A stretch of DNA of 64,000 nucleotides from Raillietiella orientalis (taxonomy: Eukaryota), in NCBI GenBank assembly GCA_036172245.1, contig JAYWIR010000015.1, forward strand, positions 3,534,001 to 3,598,000, written 5' to 3'. This document shows positions 1 through 13,600 of this stretch, piece by piece. The notes under the pieces were generated by a model, which saw only the letters and a list, made by a program, of their open reading frames with translations, was not told the origin of the DNA and did no database searches. Position 1 is the stretch's first letter. Each line of letters opens with the position of its first letter. A program made the translations under genes and the position numbers.

Positions 1-1299
1 TGAACAGAAAGTCTCTGAAGATCTTCATAAACTCCTTGCTTCACTGCTGACAGTTCGGGGGATGCTTTGATGACCGCTACTAATTCTCAGATGGAACAAC
101 TCCTTCTCACATTCTCACCTACGGGTTCCCTCTTGACCCACGCTCGCTCCCGCTATCCCTTTATTAGCAGGTGAGCTTGGATTTTCCCGCTGCTCCAGCT
201 TCACTGCGAAATTGTCGGATGCCTGCATTTTGTCGCCTCACATCATTTCTTTTCCTTGGACACACTTCCATCCTCCGGGAAGGATTGCTTTCATCCGGGT
301 GTACGTTTGCTTATCCAAGAAACGAGCCTTGTGAAGTCATTTCTTGATGAAAAAAAAAGCACATTTCCATCACGTATCTTCCGCAGCTTCCTGTTTCAGT
401 TTCTTTTTTTTTTTTTTTTTGCGTGTGTGTCCCCGCTGGTATTTCGGAACCGCCAAGATCGACCTTGAAGGAGACGGAGCATGCTTTGTCGAATCCTTGG
501 AGGAACTCGCTTTTGATCAAAACGGAGGGGGGAGGGCTCTCGTCTCTAAATTTCGGCCGTTTCTTCGTTCTTCACGCCTCATCAGCAGCCTGGATTGGCT
601 TCCCACAGTCATGTCGTGTCAGCGGCTGTCTCGAGCCTCCTCGGTGTGTCAGAGTCATGAGTCTCGGTGCGGCTGGAAGATCCTGCCGACCATGCCCAGC
701 TGGGATTTTTGAATCTTCTAAATCTTTCCGATTTACCTCCGCCTATCCCCTCCGGACCGTGTCGCGTCTCAGCTCCCCTCCCCCGTGCGCCATCCATGTA
801 TGCGCTGGGCGTCTTCCTTTTCGACCGTCACGTCGACGTGATTTCGTTTGCCCTATGTCCAGTCGAGCTCTGCTCTTTGGTATACGATCGACCTTGCTGA
901 CCTATACGGGAACCTGCATCGGTTGCAACCACAGGTGCTTCGTGTTACTTCTCGTTGCCGTTCCTTGAGGCCGTAAGTCTTCTCGTTTGCTTTGAGCACC
1001 GGGATCGAATGGAAACTTGAATGACGCTGTGCAGCGTTATCACTACGAAAGCGGTGGCATGTGGCGCTTAGGCAAACGGAAGGTGGGCACCCGTCCCATC
1101 TGGGACTGCGTCACAGGCTATGTCTGAGCTGTCATTCCGATGCCTGGGATGATGTGCCCTCCCTTTTCTCGGTCTGCATAGCGATCTCATCGTTGGTGAT
1201 GTCTCACCCCAACTAAGAATCTTCTTCGATGGCAGTCGATCCGTTCATCTGAAAACCTGATGAGTCTGGGGGGTTTATCACTTTCCCGAGAACGCGCTC

Positions 1300-2750
1300 C
1301 TGATAAATCACGTGACGGAGGTGGTGCGTATCTAGTACCAAATCATTCTCACTTGAAGATGCAGTCGTTGTGGGAAAAAACCCTCTAAGGCAAGCATCAA
1401 TTTTCTAATTATAAAACAAATGCTCGCATCATCTTGCCCCGGCGTTCAGCCGCGTCGAAATGCATGGCTTCCGTGAAACCTGGAATGGAAGAGTTTCAAG
1501 CTGCGCGTGGATGCAACACATCGGTTGTCGCCTCCACCAACTTGCAATCTTCATTCGAAGGGGAATGTCCGGGCAGAGGAATGATCTGAATCCGAGTTTC
1601 GTGGAAGAACATTCCAGCAGTGATGCTGGCGACGAAATTCCTTGCTTATCCGGAACCTGAGAAATTGAAGGATTTTCTTGAAAGTCAGAAATGGGGACTC
1701 GTGGACAGTAGTCCCCCAAACAGCGCTCCTTCCTCAGTGATTCGGTCGGTATGTGAGGAAGACAGTATGTGGTTTTCTCACGCCTGATGAAAAAAAAAAA
1801 AAAATGATTTTGTTCCAACGGAAGGGAACTGGAAACACAGTGAAAACTTCATGCAAAGATGGCAGCAGCACTCTCTTGCAACATGTGCATGGCATTTTGC
1901 TGCTGACACGAACACCTTTGAACCATTTTCCTACCGACCTCTAGAATTAGAATCGCAGTGCACAAATACTCCTTAGCTGTGCATCCTCTGCTTTCTCGTG
2001 AGTTGCATACCACACGCTGTCTTCTTCAAAAGGAGCTCTCCTGGGATTTGGACCATGAAAGTAATTTGCTCGAAGAGAGTTATTCTGGGGATGAGTTTCC
2101 GGAAGGGACGTTCTTGGAGCAGTTCTGATGATTTGGATTAATCTGTACCATTTCCTTGACATAAATGCTTATACTCGAAAGCCCACAAATCTCCGAAAGA
2201 TAAAGCAGATTCCAACAGTGGCTCAAGAAACAAAGTTACCTTACCTGGACTAACTAGGACACATGGAGAGAGACGCCTGAAATATCAGAGATGCCAAGAA
2301 AGTCCTTGGATTTACTTTGAGCGTCGTAAATACGGACTGTTCATGATCTCGTGAAGTGGATGAAAATAGGATTGGGAAGTCACTTTTATCTCTAGGCCAA
2401 CTGAGTACAAAAAACCACGAGAGTTTGCAACGTCTCTCGTTTTCTTCTCACTGCAATCTGTGCAGGTCCAAAAAACACTTCAAAAGCAACAGAGAATCAA
2501 AGGAACCAGGAATTCATGCATGCATGTTATTGTTTTTATGTCTTCGTTTGTGCAGATTGCCAAAAGGAAAATGGGAGCATCGTGGAAAAGCAATAGTGAG
2601 CATTAATTTGAATGATAGTCCGAGACGCCTTACAGAATGGATCTTTGCTTTCTAAAAAGGAATCTCACTTATAAAAACTGAGCCATTGGGAAACCTTTTT
2701 TGAACCACACAAAAAGATGAGCCAAAAAGATGAGCTCTCTCAGTCCAAAG
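1300..2750 (+). mobile_element. Degenerate RLE-type (R2/NeSL/Utopia-like) non-LTR remnant, RT region
   Basis: Across frameshifts: RCSRCG (N-terminal finger-like), VPTEGNWKHS, SYRPLEL, LSSSKG, IWINLYHFLDINAY, IGKPF in the expected RT order. Confidence 0.4.
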
Positions 2751-3321
2751 CGGAGTTTTCTTTTCAATCTCTCGTTTTCTTCTCATTGCAATACTATAAG
2801 TGGATAAGAAATATATTATCCGATTGCGGAGGTATGTGTGCTTCATTGACCGGCCATGTGGAACATTTGGGGATCATCGTTGCAGATTGCCGCACGAGGC
2901 TCCTCGGAACAGCAGCTGATACGATTATTTGTCCGTAAACGATCTCCATTTCTCCTTAATTTCATTATTTGCGCTCCATAACCCTCTCTGTTTTTATCGC
3001 GCTTAATGATTCGACTGGGATGAGGTGCCAGCACCAGGGTAAGTCGCGTATTTCCAATCTGTGCTAATGAAATGCTTACTCTTGATTCATGCCGGTGCAC
3101 TGTCATCTAAACCTGTCGTCCCCATCACGTCGAGCATCACTTTGCAAAAACTTGCAAAATTCCGTGCTGGTGGACAAGTTTTTTTTTTTTTTTTTTATAG
3201 GAAGGTCAGGTTGTGCAGGGGCAAGTCGCGTAAGAGAGACTGAAATTGAGATACTTTCGTTTCTTAGAAACTTTTGTTTTTTTTTTCTCTTGCAGGCGGC
3301 GAGATAGGAAGCAGTGGAACG

Positions 3322-3370
3322 TTTTTTTTCTTCTTCTTCTTCTTCTTCTTCTTTTCTTTTTTCTTTTTTT
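3322..3370. repeat. (TTC)n / polypyrimidine microsatellite
   Basis: Tandem TTC units flanked by T runs. Confidence 0.9.
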
Positions 3371-3399
3371 GCACTGATCCGAATTCGTTGACTCGGGAT

Positions 3400-4450
3400 T
3401 CCATTTCCTTCTGTTCCATCTTGAAGCCTACTCTTAACCTCACGCGCACTTGGATTGTCCTCCTACAGCCTGTGGCTCCATTCGAGAAGGGGCCATAAAA
3501 ACCTTAGGCGCCTCGAAGAAGGAAAACATTATTGTTTTCCCGGAAAAATAAAATAAAATATTTCAGGAGAAAAACGGCACACTTTGCAAATGCATCTTCC
3601 ACACATAAATCTTCGTTCCCGGATAACCAAGTCGACAGCTTCCCAGCAAAGATCCGCATGAGTAAAAGTTGAGAGCAACTTCTTTGTGCCGATCGAGATT
3701 AGCGTAGGCGATTTTCAAAAGGAACTCTGGGGAGGGGAAAATCGAGATTTTGAGAAAGGAATTGAGCAACTGACGGAGATCTTGTTTCTCTTATCCCACC
3801 CTCGCATTATCCGAAGACTCGTTGGCTCTTCGAGAGTTTTCGATTGTTTTTATCGTGACCGTTTCTGCCTTCGTAGGCAGAGCACCTTTTTGCAGAGAAA
3901 ACACGTGACTTCGTGTGTCTGGCCCTCAGCTTTAAAAGAATGAAGATAACAGCAATAAGAGAAATCGCTTTCCTTGAGTAGACTTGATGACTTTTAAAGA
4001 GTGGTCTTTACCGGAAAGATGGTAAAGGTTCTTGCAGGAAAATGCTTCTGTTCTTGAAATGTATAAGACAGATAAGGAAGCGGCTAATTTTTTTAAGGGA
4101 ATGATGGCAGGAGGCGCTGAGGCAGAAGAAGCTGTTATCATGTGTGGTAGGAAATAGTTGCGCGTTTCTCCTCTTTTCTTCGATTTTCTGCACCACTTTG
4201 GTGGTCGAAATGAATCTCATTCATTCTCGACTTAAGAGCAATCTGCACGCATGCCACCGTAAATTACAGCTGAAACTCGGGCTGATTCACATTATCCCGT
4301 ACATGCAAATCCTCTCATGTACCAGTTTCCATCCCATGCTGTCGCAGCAACCGATTCGATTGGATCCCAATGCGAATCCAAACCTCGTTTCTTACAAACG
4401 CAACCGTCTCCCTGCTGTGATCATATAAAGCTTTGGGCAATCAAAATTCA
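3400..4450 (-). mobile_element. Degenerate RLE-type non-LTR remnant
   Basis: WKLVHERI..RLLLSRE (RT1-2-like), LNSFLKISIFPSPEFLLK and NFYSCGSLLGSCRLGYP (post-RT LDA.K.F.FP.L.F and YLYG..G.G.P). Confidence 0.4.
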
Positions 4451-5249
4451 GTGGACAACCCATCTTGCCTTGTCTCCCCTCGCAGTAGTTGGTTTAGGCG
4501 GTGACTTGCTCAGGAACCATTGTGACCGCATCTCTTGCATACAAGCGAGATGTGGAAGCGAGGAGACGGCAGATCCATGGATCAAAATGGGTTCTGTTTT
4601 AAGGAAACAGCGAAGGAGATGAATTTCTACACTCCCATTATGTGTGTTTGCCACAGCGAAGAACTTTGAGCAGTAATAGAAAAGCGCTGAGCAAGAATAG
4701 ATGGATTCTGCATTGATTATCCACGGAAACACGAACCACTTTCGAGCTGATTAAGGATGACCAGACTTGGCCGTAAGCTGGTGCGGATGCAGATCACACT
4801 AATCCTGTGGCCGAGCCGCTGGAATATCAAGTAGTTTTGGGGGGACTCTCTCTCGAGCGAAAGTGGGCCGTTTGTACCGTGTCAAACATCAATTTGGATT
4901 TTTACTGATTTCCTGCCATCAACCGGTCCGCATAATCAGAGACCAGGGAAACGAATGTCGTCACTTCGGGCTGTCTTTTATGGTGCTGCTCGTTTTAGAA
5001 TTACCAATGAGCAGTCGCTGATAACATTTGATGGGTACTAAATATCCTTTCTCTTCCCTTTGGATGGGCTCTGTATACAGATACGCAATTTTTTAATAAA
5101 GGTTGCAAGTTGGTCTCTTCTCCAGAAGGATCACATTTCATACAGCTTTGCACCGTGTTCTGTAGCAGAATCCCAGCTCCATGATTTTCGATTTTCCTCT
5201 AGACATATGTAAGAATGTGCAAACCTCTATCACCTCCTTAAAGTGTGGA

Positions 5250-7296
5250 ATTTTGAAGAGGAATTGTCTCTTTGGTATTGGGAACCCATTTTCCCATTGA
5301 AACATAGATAAAGGCAAATGCTCTTACGACGGTAGTCCCTCGGGAAATGCTGTCAATGTTGATGCTTGAGGTTCGTGTTTTCTCCGTTCTTCTGCTTTCA
5401 CGAAGGTTTGAGGGATTCTTTTCTGCAGCTTTTCAAGTCTGCAGTCATCTTTGTTTCTTCGCTTTGAGAAAGCTTTCCTCAGCTTCGTGCGAGTTTGGCA
5501 TCCTCAAACAGCGGCAGTGGATCCTCTCGGTCCCGTTTCCAGTCCAGTGACCCGTCTGCTTTTCCCCCCACTTTTATCAACTGCATCTCTGTGATGATCA
5601 AATTCCTCGAACAGCATTTTGTGGGTTTGTCACTTCGACTTCTTGGTAATCGCACCTTTCACAGTCTGGAGCATGTATCATCTTATTCTTCCCTTCTGTG
5701 ATTTCATCGTCTGGTGCCCTTGATACGATGCGATTTCTCATCTGCCAGATCATTCCGTAAGTTTCTAGAAAGCTTTGTTTCTGCGTTCGGCTGCGTAACT
5801 TTTGCAAGGCGCAGGTTTTGCTGAAGGCAAAAAGTAACCGTGAAAATCGAGTGCATCCAGCGAGTAAAGTGGGTCAGGCGGGTGGGAAAGAAGATTGCTG
5901 GTCTCTCACTTTCTTCGCAGTAGACACGGGGGTGAATTCGCTGCTTCCACCGAGGTGCCGGTCGCCTTTCCGTTTGTAGATGTTCGATGCCCGATTGTTC
6001 ACACTGTGACCATCCGTCCATCTGTCCACTGGAGCCTTTTTGAACACTCCGCAACTCGGGGAAGCTTGGGAAAAATGGCGGATGGGGTTTTTGCCATCCT
6101 GCAAGGCAGCTTGGAAGTCGTTTGCTGCAGCGCAGCAAGAGCACACCGAAAAGACGAAGCGAGGAGATGTTTCTATGCGGGAACGTGTTAACGTCACGCG
6201 ATTCGAAGAATACGTGGTTATTTATTGCGAGTCTAGAATTCCAGGATAGATTAGCAGGGCATTTGGAATCATTTCTTTCATTTTAGCAGCAAAATCAGGC
6301 ATGTGTTAAGGCAACAGGCTTGTATACGATGTGAAGTTGTGCAGGGATAGCCAGGGAGCCTATTCGAAACGCCTATCCACATTCAAAACATGGAAGGTGA
6401 AATCAGTAACACATATCCAGGAGGGTCCATGGCGTATTACGTGTCCGTTTCGATCTGAGGAGGGTTACGTGGTTCTGATCTCGAGCGTGCAGATTCTATT
6501 TTCGCATCACACGAAGGAGCCTGTTGGGATTACATGATTGTGTAAGGACGTAAAGACATTTCACGCATTCAGGGCAGTTCCAAACTTGTAGTCAGGGTTT
6601 TCCCCCCTCGCTCGGAACTTTTCCTGGAGGGGAAATGAGATTTCATAGCTGACCAAGTGATGTAATTTCTCCTTTGGATGGAAAAAGCTGCTATATTTTG
6701 CATTGAGCTGCCATGCATCTCTTCCACACTACTCTGATTTGCTCAGCTCAAAGGTGTACAACGGATGGCAGTATTGAGGAAGGTTGCATTTGTGTCTTCG
6801 TGACCCAACACTTTTTCAGGTGCTCAGGTGCCCGTATTGAAGTATTCGCGAATCCTCGATATTGGTTTGACAGTGCTCTTCGGAAAGATGCAACCTCCTT
6901 CTGAACTTATGGTCAAAAAGCTACCTTGTTAGATGGCGTTGTTGTGAAGAGAAAATGAGATGAATGTAAAAAAAGGTGCCTTATTTGCAACCTGTTTCCG
7001 CGTTCTTCGTTAACCGTGTTTCGATGAGGCACGGCCGTTTTATGGAATGCACCAAAGTCTTTCGCATCTTTTCTCCTTTCCCCTCAAAACACGAGATGAC
7101 TCTCGTGGTTTCTTTGGAAACTGAGCTTCCCACAGATCTTTCCCACTTCGTGAAGGAGCGTGACTTTGATCAGTATCTCTTGTAACGTCTCCTGCTGTTG
7201 TTTCGCAAGGAATAGGTTCCAAGAGTGGGATTCTGCAAGTAACACTACCTCTCTAGGATTTCAGGCATCGATAAAACATTAGAAGAACTTGAATGG

Positions 7297-7360
<64 letters not shown>

Positions 7361-7600
7361 GATATTTAGAGGAAAACCGAAAATCATGAAAGGATTCACA
7401 CGGAAGCTGCAGAAGAGAACAGGGCGCAAAGTTGGATAAAATCTGATTCTTCTCACGAAGAGGCAGACTTGCAAACTTGCAAATGCTTCAACGAAATGGG
7501 ATGCAGATTTCGCATGCGATTTGAATGTTCTATCGATATTTGGGGCAAGGCTATGGGCGGTTTCCCTTTTCGAGTTCTTCGATGACCGCGCCTTCTCTTC
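5250..7600 (-). mobile_element. Degenerate RLE-type (NeSL/Utopia-like) element, RT to endonuclease
   Basis: FGTALNA..VFTSLHNHVIP, IRHGP, RLAINN, SCLAGWQKPHPPFFPS (S.LAPWQK..F.FP), ASNIYKRKG..GG, CERCDYQE..PQNAVRGI (knuckle + RHNA), ESFLKAKKQR, TVVRAF. Confidence 0.55.
7299..7357. repeat. Poly(T) homopolymer, 59 nt
   Basis: Direct count of the uninterrupted T run. Confidence 0.95.
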
Positions 7601-10600
7601 ATGCGGTGAGACCAAGTCTCCAGCTTCATTCTCGCCTCGGCGTCTCTTGACAGATGTGTATAAGTAAGTTGTGGTACAGATTTGTGAAGGTCTATTCCTC
7701 TCTCCGTGGGTCAGCGCAAATGTTGGAAAATGTTGCGCTCACTTAATTTATAGACTTCGGCAAAAATACGTGTAGAATCGTTTTTACTCTTCCATAATGG
7801 ACATCTCGAGTCTAAAATAACCTGTTCTAAACCCCATTACTACATTGCTGTGCAAGAGTGCATGTGAAAGAAGCGTGCTTCTTCCGTGCACAGTGCCCGA
7901 AGCAAACGTGTCATACTACATCTCCAGCCTGCCAAGGAGGGCTTTGAAATTTCTTCCCTATCACATTCCCTATCGGGTTTCTTTATTTTTTGTGTAGGAT
8001 TCTAGTTACGTCATTAGGTAAATCTTTCCAAGAACATGAATTAGATTATCTACAAGCGACTGGTTGATAATTTGACTTTGATTGGAAATCAACTTCATTT
8101 CCGTACGCTCCACTGTTCCTTTCCCATCCTCGTTCAAACAAGATCCTCCCATTCACGTGCATCTTCTTCAGTCATCCCCTTCCTTCGCATTGGCGAGGCT
8201 TGCATTCTTGCATCCATCCTGTTTCGAGCACAAGCGGCCTCCCGCTCATGATATGGTAGTGTACGCTCCGCAGGTTTCTACCAGGGGGTCCATCGTCATG
8301 CCTGCACTCCTATCTGCGCTCCGCCCCTCACGAGTTGGGCGTTCATGGTCCGAGAGAACACATGGGGCAGGCGCCCAGCCGACAATCCGCACTCTTGGAA
8401 ACCCACAGAGAAAGTTGCTTAGCCGCTGCTCTTTCGTCGGGAAAATCAAGTCTTCCTGGACCAGTCTCGTCTCCGCTGAGCTGCTTGGGCTTTGCCAGTG
8501 TCACGGTTCGCGAATCACCTCGCGTGCGGTCACTGTCATCCGTGAGCGTGCCACCGCGCTTGTGCTCCCTTTTTCGCCTTGCGTCTCCTCTGGAACCCTC
8601 GTTTCCGTGGCAACTGAAGAGTCTCATCCCTTTCTGTCCCGCATTTTCGATCTGCTCTAGGGGACTTTTGGAAGAGAACAGGTTGCCGAGAGAAGGGGTG
8701 TTCTCCGAGAACTGCAGATGGATTCATCTGCTATTGCTCTGCTCTCCACGTCCTGCACTCGAGCGAATCCCCGGAAAGAGACCTTTCTTGGTCCTTCCTT
8801 GATGGAAAAATGATTTGTTTTCCCGGTTTGTCTCACCAGGAAGTACCTGCGTCTTGCCTGGATGATGTTGCCTATCCTAATGCCCGTTTCTCCGAATCTC
8901 AGAGAACCCATCCCGTCACACTTTCAGGCACAGATGCATCCCCCTCCCTCTCCTTCGGTGCCTCTGCTTCAGGTGATAGGGAAAATTCCGCCTTTTGCAT
9001 GCGTGTGGGGTACTCTCTGGATTTCGACCGGATGCGCGGTCTCGTCGGATAGGCAGCTGCTGATGCTTTGGAGACGGGGACGTCCGTCCGGGGATAGAGT
9101 CCGCGCCAGGAGCTCTTGACGGGAATTTCGTGGAAAGTGGGACTTTCGGAAACAAAAAGGGAAGATTTCCGATGGAGAAACAGGTTAGGGGGCAGCGAGG
9201 AAGCACCCCAGAATCAGGCAGGGCTTCTGAAGAAACTGGAGGTCATCTGCAGCGGAGCAGGGGAGAGACGTAAGAAAGTCAGGGAGGAGGCGAAGGGGGA
9301 GAGTCTCCACAGTCAGCCATTTTCAAGGGCGAAAAGATCCTTGAAATCCGAGGCGGAATTACCGGGCCGACTAATCCGAGTGTGGGAATCTTGCGAAAGC
9401 AGGCTCGGTGGGGTTCCTGGTCCAGAGACCGCGAAGAATTGCAGTGATCTGCGAAAAGACTTTCGAAATCAAAAGTGCCCGATCTCAGAATATCCGGAAT
9501 GTGCGCGCGTGTGAGTCCTCTTTTTTCCTCACCCCTTCCGCTGCCATCGCTTCCTCTCTCGGAAGCTCGCAGGAAGAGGGCAGCACTTTCGTAGCATCCG
9601 ATCGCTTTCCGTGCCTGCACCGAGAGTGCCCTTCCAGCGGAAGGGTTGCTGCAGTCTTCCTGCCTGAAGAACTCCCGCTCTGCGCGGGGCTGCAAGGCCA
9701 CCGGGTCTTCGCTCCCTCCGCGGCCTCGCTCGAGGCGCGACCCTCCAGAGAGCAGCTTCCTTTCGTGAAATGGCAGAACTTCTGGTTCCCACGGTCCGCC
9801 CAGGATCAAGAAGGGCTCCTTTGGAGTCAGCAAATGGAGCGCGCGTCGCCAGGAAAGTTGTTGGCGAGTGGCATCGAGCCTATACCCAATATATCGTCCG
9901 GTTCTGGTAGAGGCATGGGGAGTTAGGATGGCGCAGGGGAAAGTCGGGTAACTATCCCAGGATGAGGCGAAAGCGCGCCCCCATCCGTGCCAAGGTCTCC
10001 TTCCTGCCCCTCCGTGACAGAATTCGTGGTCAGGAATGGCCTTCGAGAGCTGCGTGATGGTCCGTGATGGTTTCCGAGGTAACGCGCTCCTCCAGTGGCA
10101 GAGGGTGGGATGATGCACGAAACGCGCGTTGTGAGCGAGAGGGAGAGTAAGGGGCAGAAAGACAGATCGGAGTCGTCGAAGCGACACCATCCCTTTTTCG
10201 TCCCTGCATTCCGAAGCCCCTAGGTAGGACGCGGTCGTGGGAGGCTGCGGAGAAACGGGCAAGCGCCACTCACTCTGCACTGGCCCTGCTCCAAGGCGCC
10301 TCTTCCAACGTAAGTCGAGGTGAAAGTGGACATCAAGATTGGACTCGCTTTCGCTAAACTCCCCCTCCTGAGAGCCCTACTTCCCCTTGATCTCCCTTCC
10401 ATGAGTGACTGCTGGGTGGAAGCACTCGGGAAGTAGGGGTCGCTCGCCCCAACTTCACGTGGGAGTCGCTATCCAAACCGAATAGCTTTTGTCTCGGTTT
10501 CGTTCCTGCGCTCCTGGTGCCGCCGCAGATGGAAGATGGGGCAGATCCAGTCGCCTCCTTGGTTACGAGCGCTGCCCGGAAAGGTGCCGCCCCCGCCGTG

Positions 10601-13600
10601 TCTCCAGCGTGTGCTGCTTGATCGGTGCGCGCGTGCGCGCCCCACTCTTGGTGGGCGGGGGCGAAGCACAGACCATCGAGGCAGACGTCGATCGGCCTCT
10701 TCATTTGCCCCAAGGGGTCTATCACCATTGATCTTCTACAGCCCTCAGAAGATCAGCATTCGGACATTCACTGAGAATTTTTTCTTTTTTTTTTGTTTTG
10801 GTTTGTGGAGGGGGATGAGGGAAGTGTCCACGGTCCGACGGCTGCAAATGGACATTCCGACTGCTCTGTGGGAGTTCCCAGGCGGTCAAGGCAGACTCTT
10901 CGCAGTCTCTAGCTGCAAGGCAAGGACTTAGACTTGAGACTTCCTTCCCATCACCTCGATCCCTGTACCCCCTTTATCTACCTCTTTCTCTTCCTCCTCC
11001 TCCTCCCCCCCCCATCGTCATTACATACTATTAAGCATCTTTTCTTCCTCATCCTCATCCTCTTCAAAGGCGGTGAAAAGATACTTTCGAGCAGAGGAAA
11101 ACCGGCTCCTATCGATCCGAGATCAGGCGCAACATCCTCCACCTTTAGCGTCGCGAGTTCACTCTTAGACCTGCGAAGTCTCCGTGGCGACCGACTCAAG
11201 GACTTCACCTTCCGAGAAAGGCGCCCTGGGTGCGAGTGTGTCAGCTAGTCATTAGACTTGAAGCGTCGCCATGGAGTTATGCTTCACATCTGATGACGTC
11301 CGGGCATTGTGAGATCAGGGTATTTCGGGATCAGGAATATTTCCTTCCTGATTCAGAAATATCCTGATCACCCCATGATCCCAGTTTCAGAGGAATGGCG
11401 GTCGTCATGGTTCGCGGGGTAGGGAGGACTCGCATCCGCAATGAATGCTGTCGTGGCATCTTCTTATCCCTCCTCCGTGGAGCTGGAGCCGCACGCTCTA
11501 CACTTCCTCCCGCCAAGAGCGAGACTCCCTCTCATTACCTCTGCTTGTGGTTCCTCTCATCCTTCTGCCTGTCCCGAGCTTCCCGTTCGCAGCATGCATC
11601 CCCGTGCCAGGAGGATAAAAACTGGCCTCTGCACCGAAGCTGCTGGGAGCTGCGGGAGCGGATCTCCGCCGCTCGGGTTACCTGCGAAATGCGATATCAG
11701 CTGGAAGTTCGAAAGTGGCGTTCCCTCCCTTCTCCCGTTCCGCAGTTCCCAGTGGATCGCTTACACCTTCGGCCAGATTCACCTGATCGTTGCCTAGCTA
11801 CGGCAACGTGAGAGCGGGGAGCTGGTCGTCGAGCTTACCCTCGGAGTTCGTCTGCTGCGAGAATCCCGACTGTGGGAGGAAATCTGGGCGCTCTCGATCG
11901 GCTTTCCGGAACCGAGGGAAATGCTCCAGGAAGACCGTTCTCATTCGGCCTTTTCCTTCCTTCTGAAGTTCCTGTGCGCTCGCGTCTTCTCCTCGCCCCC
12001 CACGCCCCAACTCCCTTGACGTTGGCTTCCTCTCCTGACGAGCTCCCACCTCTGGAAGAGGGACTCTCACCCGCACACGGAGCAGGGCTTCGCCGTTTTC
12101 CTTTGCCTTGGATCCGAGACGCACATCTTCCGAGCCCCATGCATCCTCGCGCCGGCTCCAGCTTATCCTTACCATCGGCTCCTGTGATGTGGTGCATCGC
12201 TGCAACACCCCGGTGCTGAAGAGCCGTTGCTGGGTTCCGGGAAGCTGCACTTCCGAAGCTGAGGCCTCTCGTCCTCATGGGCAGCAGAGAAAAATGACGA
12301 AACCTTGCCAGCACCCCAGAGGGAGGGTTACATCCCTCCCCCAAAGAGGGGGAAAGACTGCGTGCCCAGTGCCCCTCCGCATCATGTCCAGTGCCTCGCT
12401 TTATTAGAGGGCGCCGGTCTCCCAGCTCGGGTTCCCGGCCTCATCCGTCCGGCAAAGCCTTCCCTCCCTTTCCGAGGCACGTTCTGGGACGGGAAGCTGA
12501 AAGGCTGGAACGATGAACCGCCTGTCCTCTCGACCACTCCCTCGTCATCCACCGCCCATCCGCCCGAAAAGCCATAATTTCGGGAGTCGAAAACTCTGCC
12601 TGCTTTTCAAGGGAAGCGGTGGCCTTTCAACCACGCGGGTCACGGTAGTGCGCTGGACGAGGCCGCTTTCGCGTGAGATGGGATTTCCATGTCCGGGCGC
12701 ACCGTTCCTTTTGTTCCATTTCGCTTTTCGGTTTTCCCCGCCGGATGCACACCAGCCTGTATCCTGAAGCAGCCTCCCGATTTTCGAGCAGCTTGACTTT
12801 GAGACGGTACGTTGCGCTCCCTCCCCTTCCGCTGAGGATGAGCCGTCCGTGAAGAAATTATCCGAAGCGAAACTGCGCGGCGTCCTCTGAGCTAATCTTC
12901 GTCGAACCGATCAAACATCCGACGATGTCAGCTCAAGGAGGGAACCCTGCCCGGATGATTTTCCTCCGTTGTCCTTTGATCTGGGTTTTGTTTGCTCGGC
13001 GCGCGAGGAGCGCCAGCCAAGATAAACTCCCGGATCTGCTCTCCTGATCGCTCGTGCCGTTCTTCCATCTTTGACGTGCAGCAGAGGTCCCTAGGCCGGA
13101 GGAACTTCAGACGCGTCGCTTCTGCTTTGAGAAGGGATTTTTTTTCTTTTTTAAATTGAGACGCCGTCTGCCAGGTAGGGGCGGAACGAGTAGACTCCCA
13201 GCGGAATCGATCGCACCGCCCGCGCGTTTCCTCCCCCGCCTCGCAGAGCAGGATATCGATAGGAGGCGTTTGAGCAAGGGCTTCTTCTCGACGGGTTCCC
13301 GCATGCTCCTCCTCCTGGACCGCTTCCAGCCGAAAGCGGACGTCGGCAAGGTGGTCGGAGAAGCATCGAGCCGGCGGCCGGACAAGAGAGCGGGTCGGCG
13401 AACCGGTCCTCGGAGAGGCGACAGCGCGCTTTCGGAACAGGGCAGCCTTCCCCGAGGAACGCCGCAGGCACATAGGAAAGGTCAGCCTTCTCGACTCCAG
13501 CTTCCGCACAAGAAAGAGCGAGGGCGCTCGCTGGGAGGCTTAGCTGAGGTCGAGAATTCCCGTCACGAAGATGACGCTGCGGAAATTCGAGTTCTCTTCT

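Noticed and set aside
8810..8920. LDDVAYP as a candidate ADAM prodomain exon
   Set aside because: Only a few residues resemble the motif; no supporting upstream H..Y pattern or convincing splice sites.
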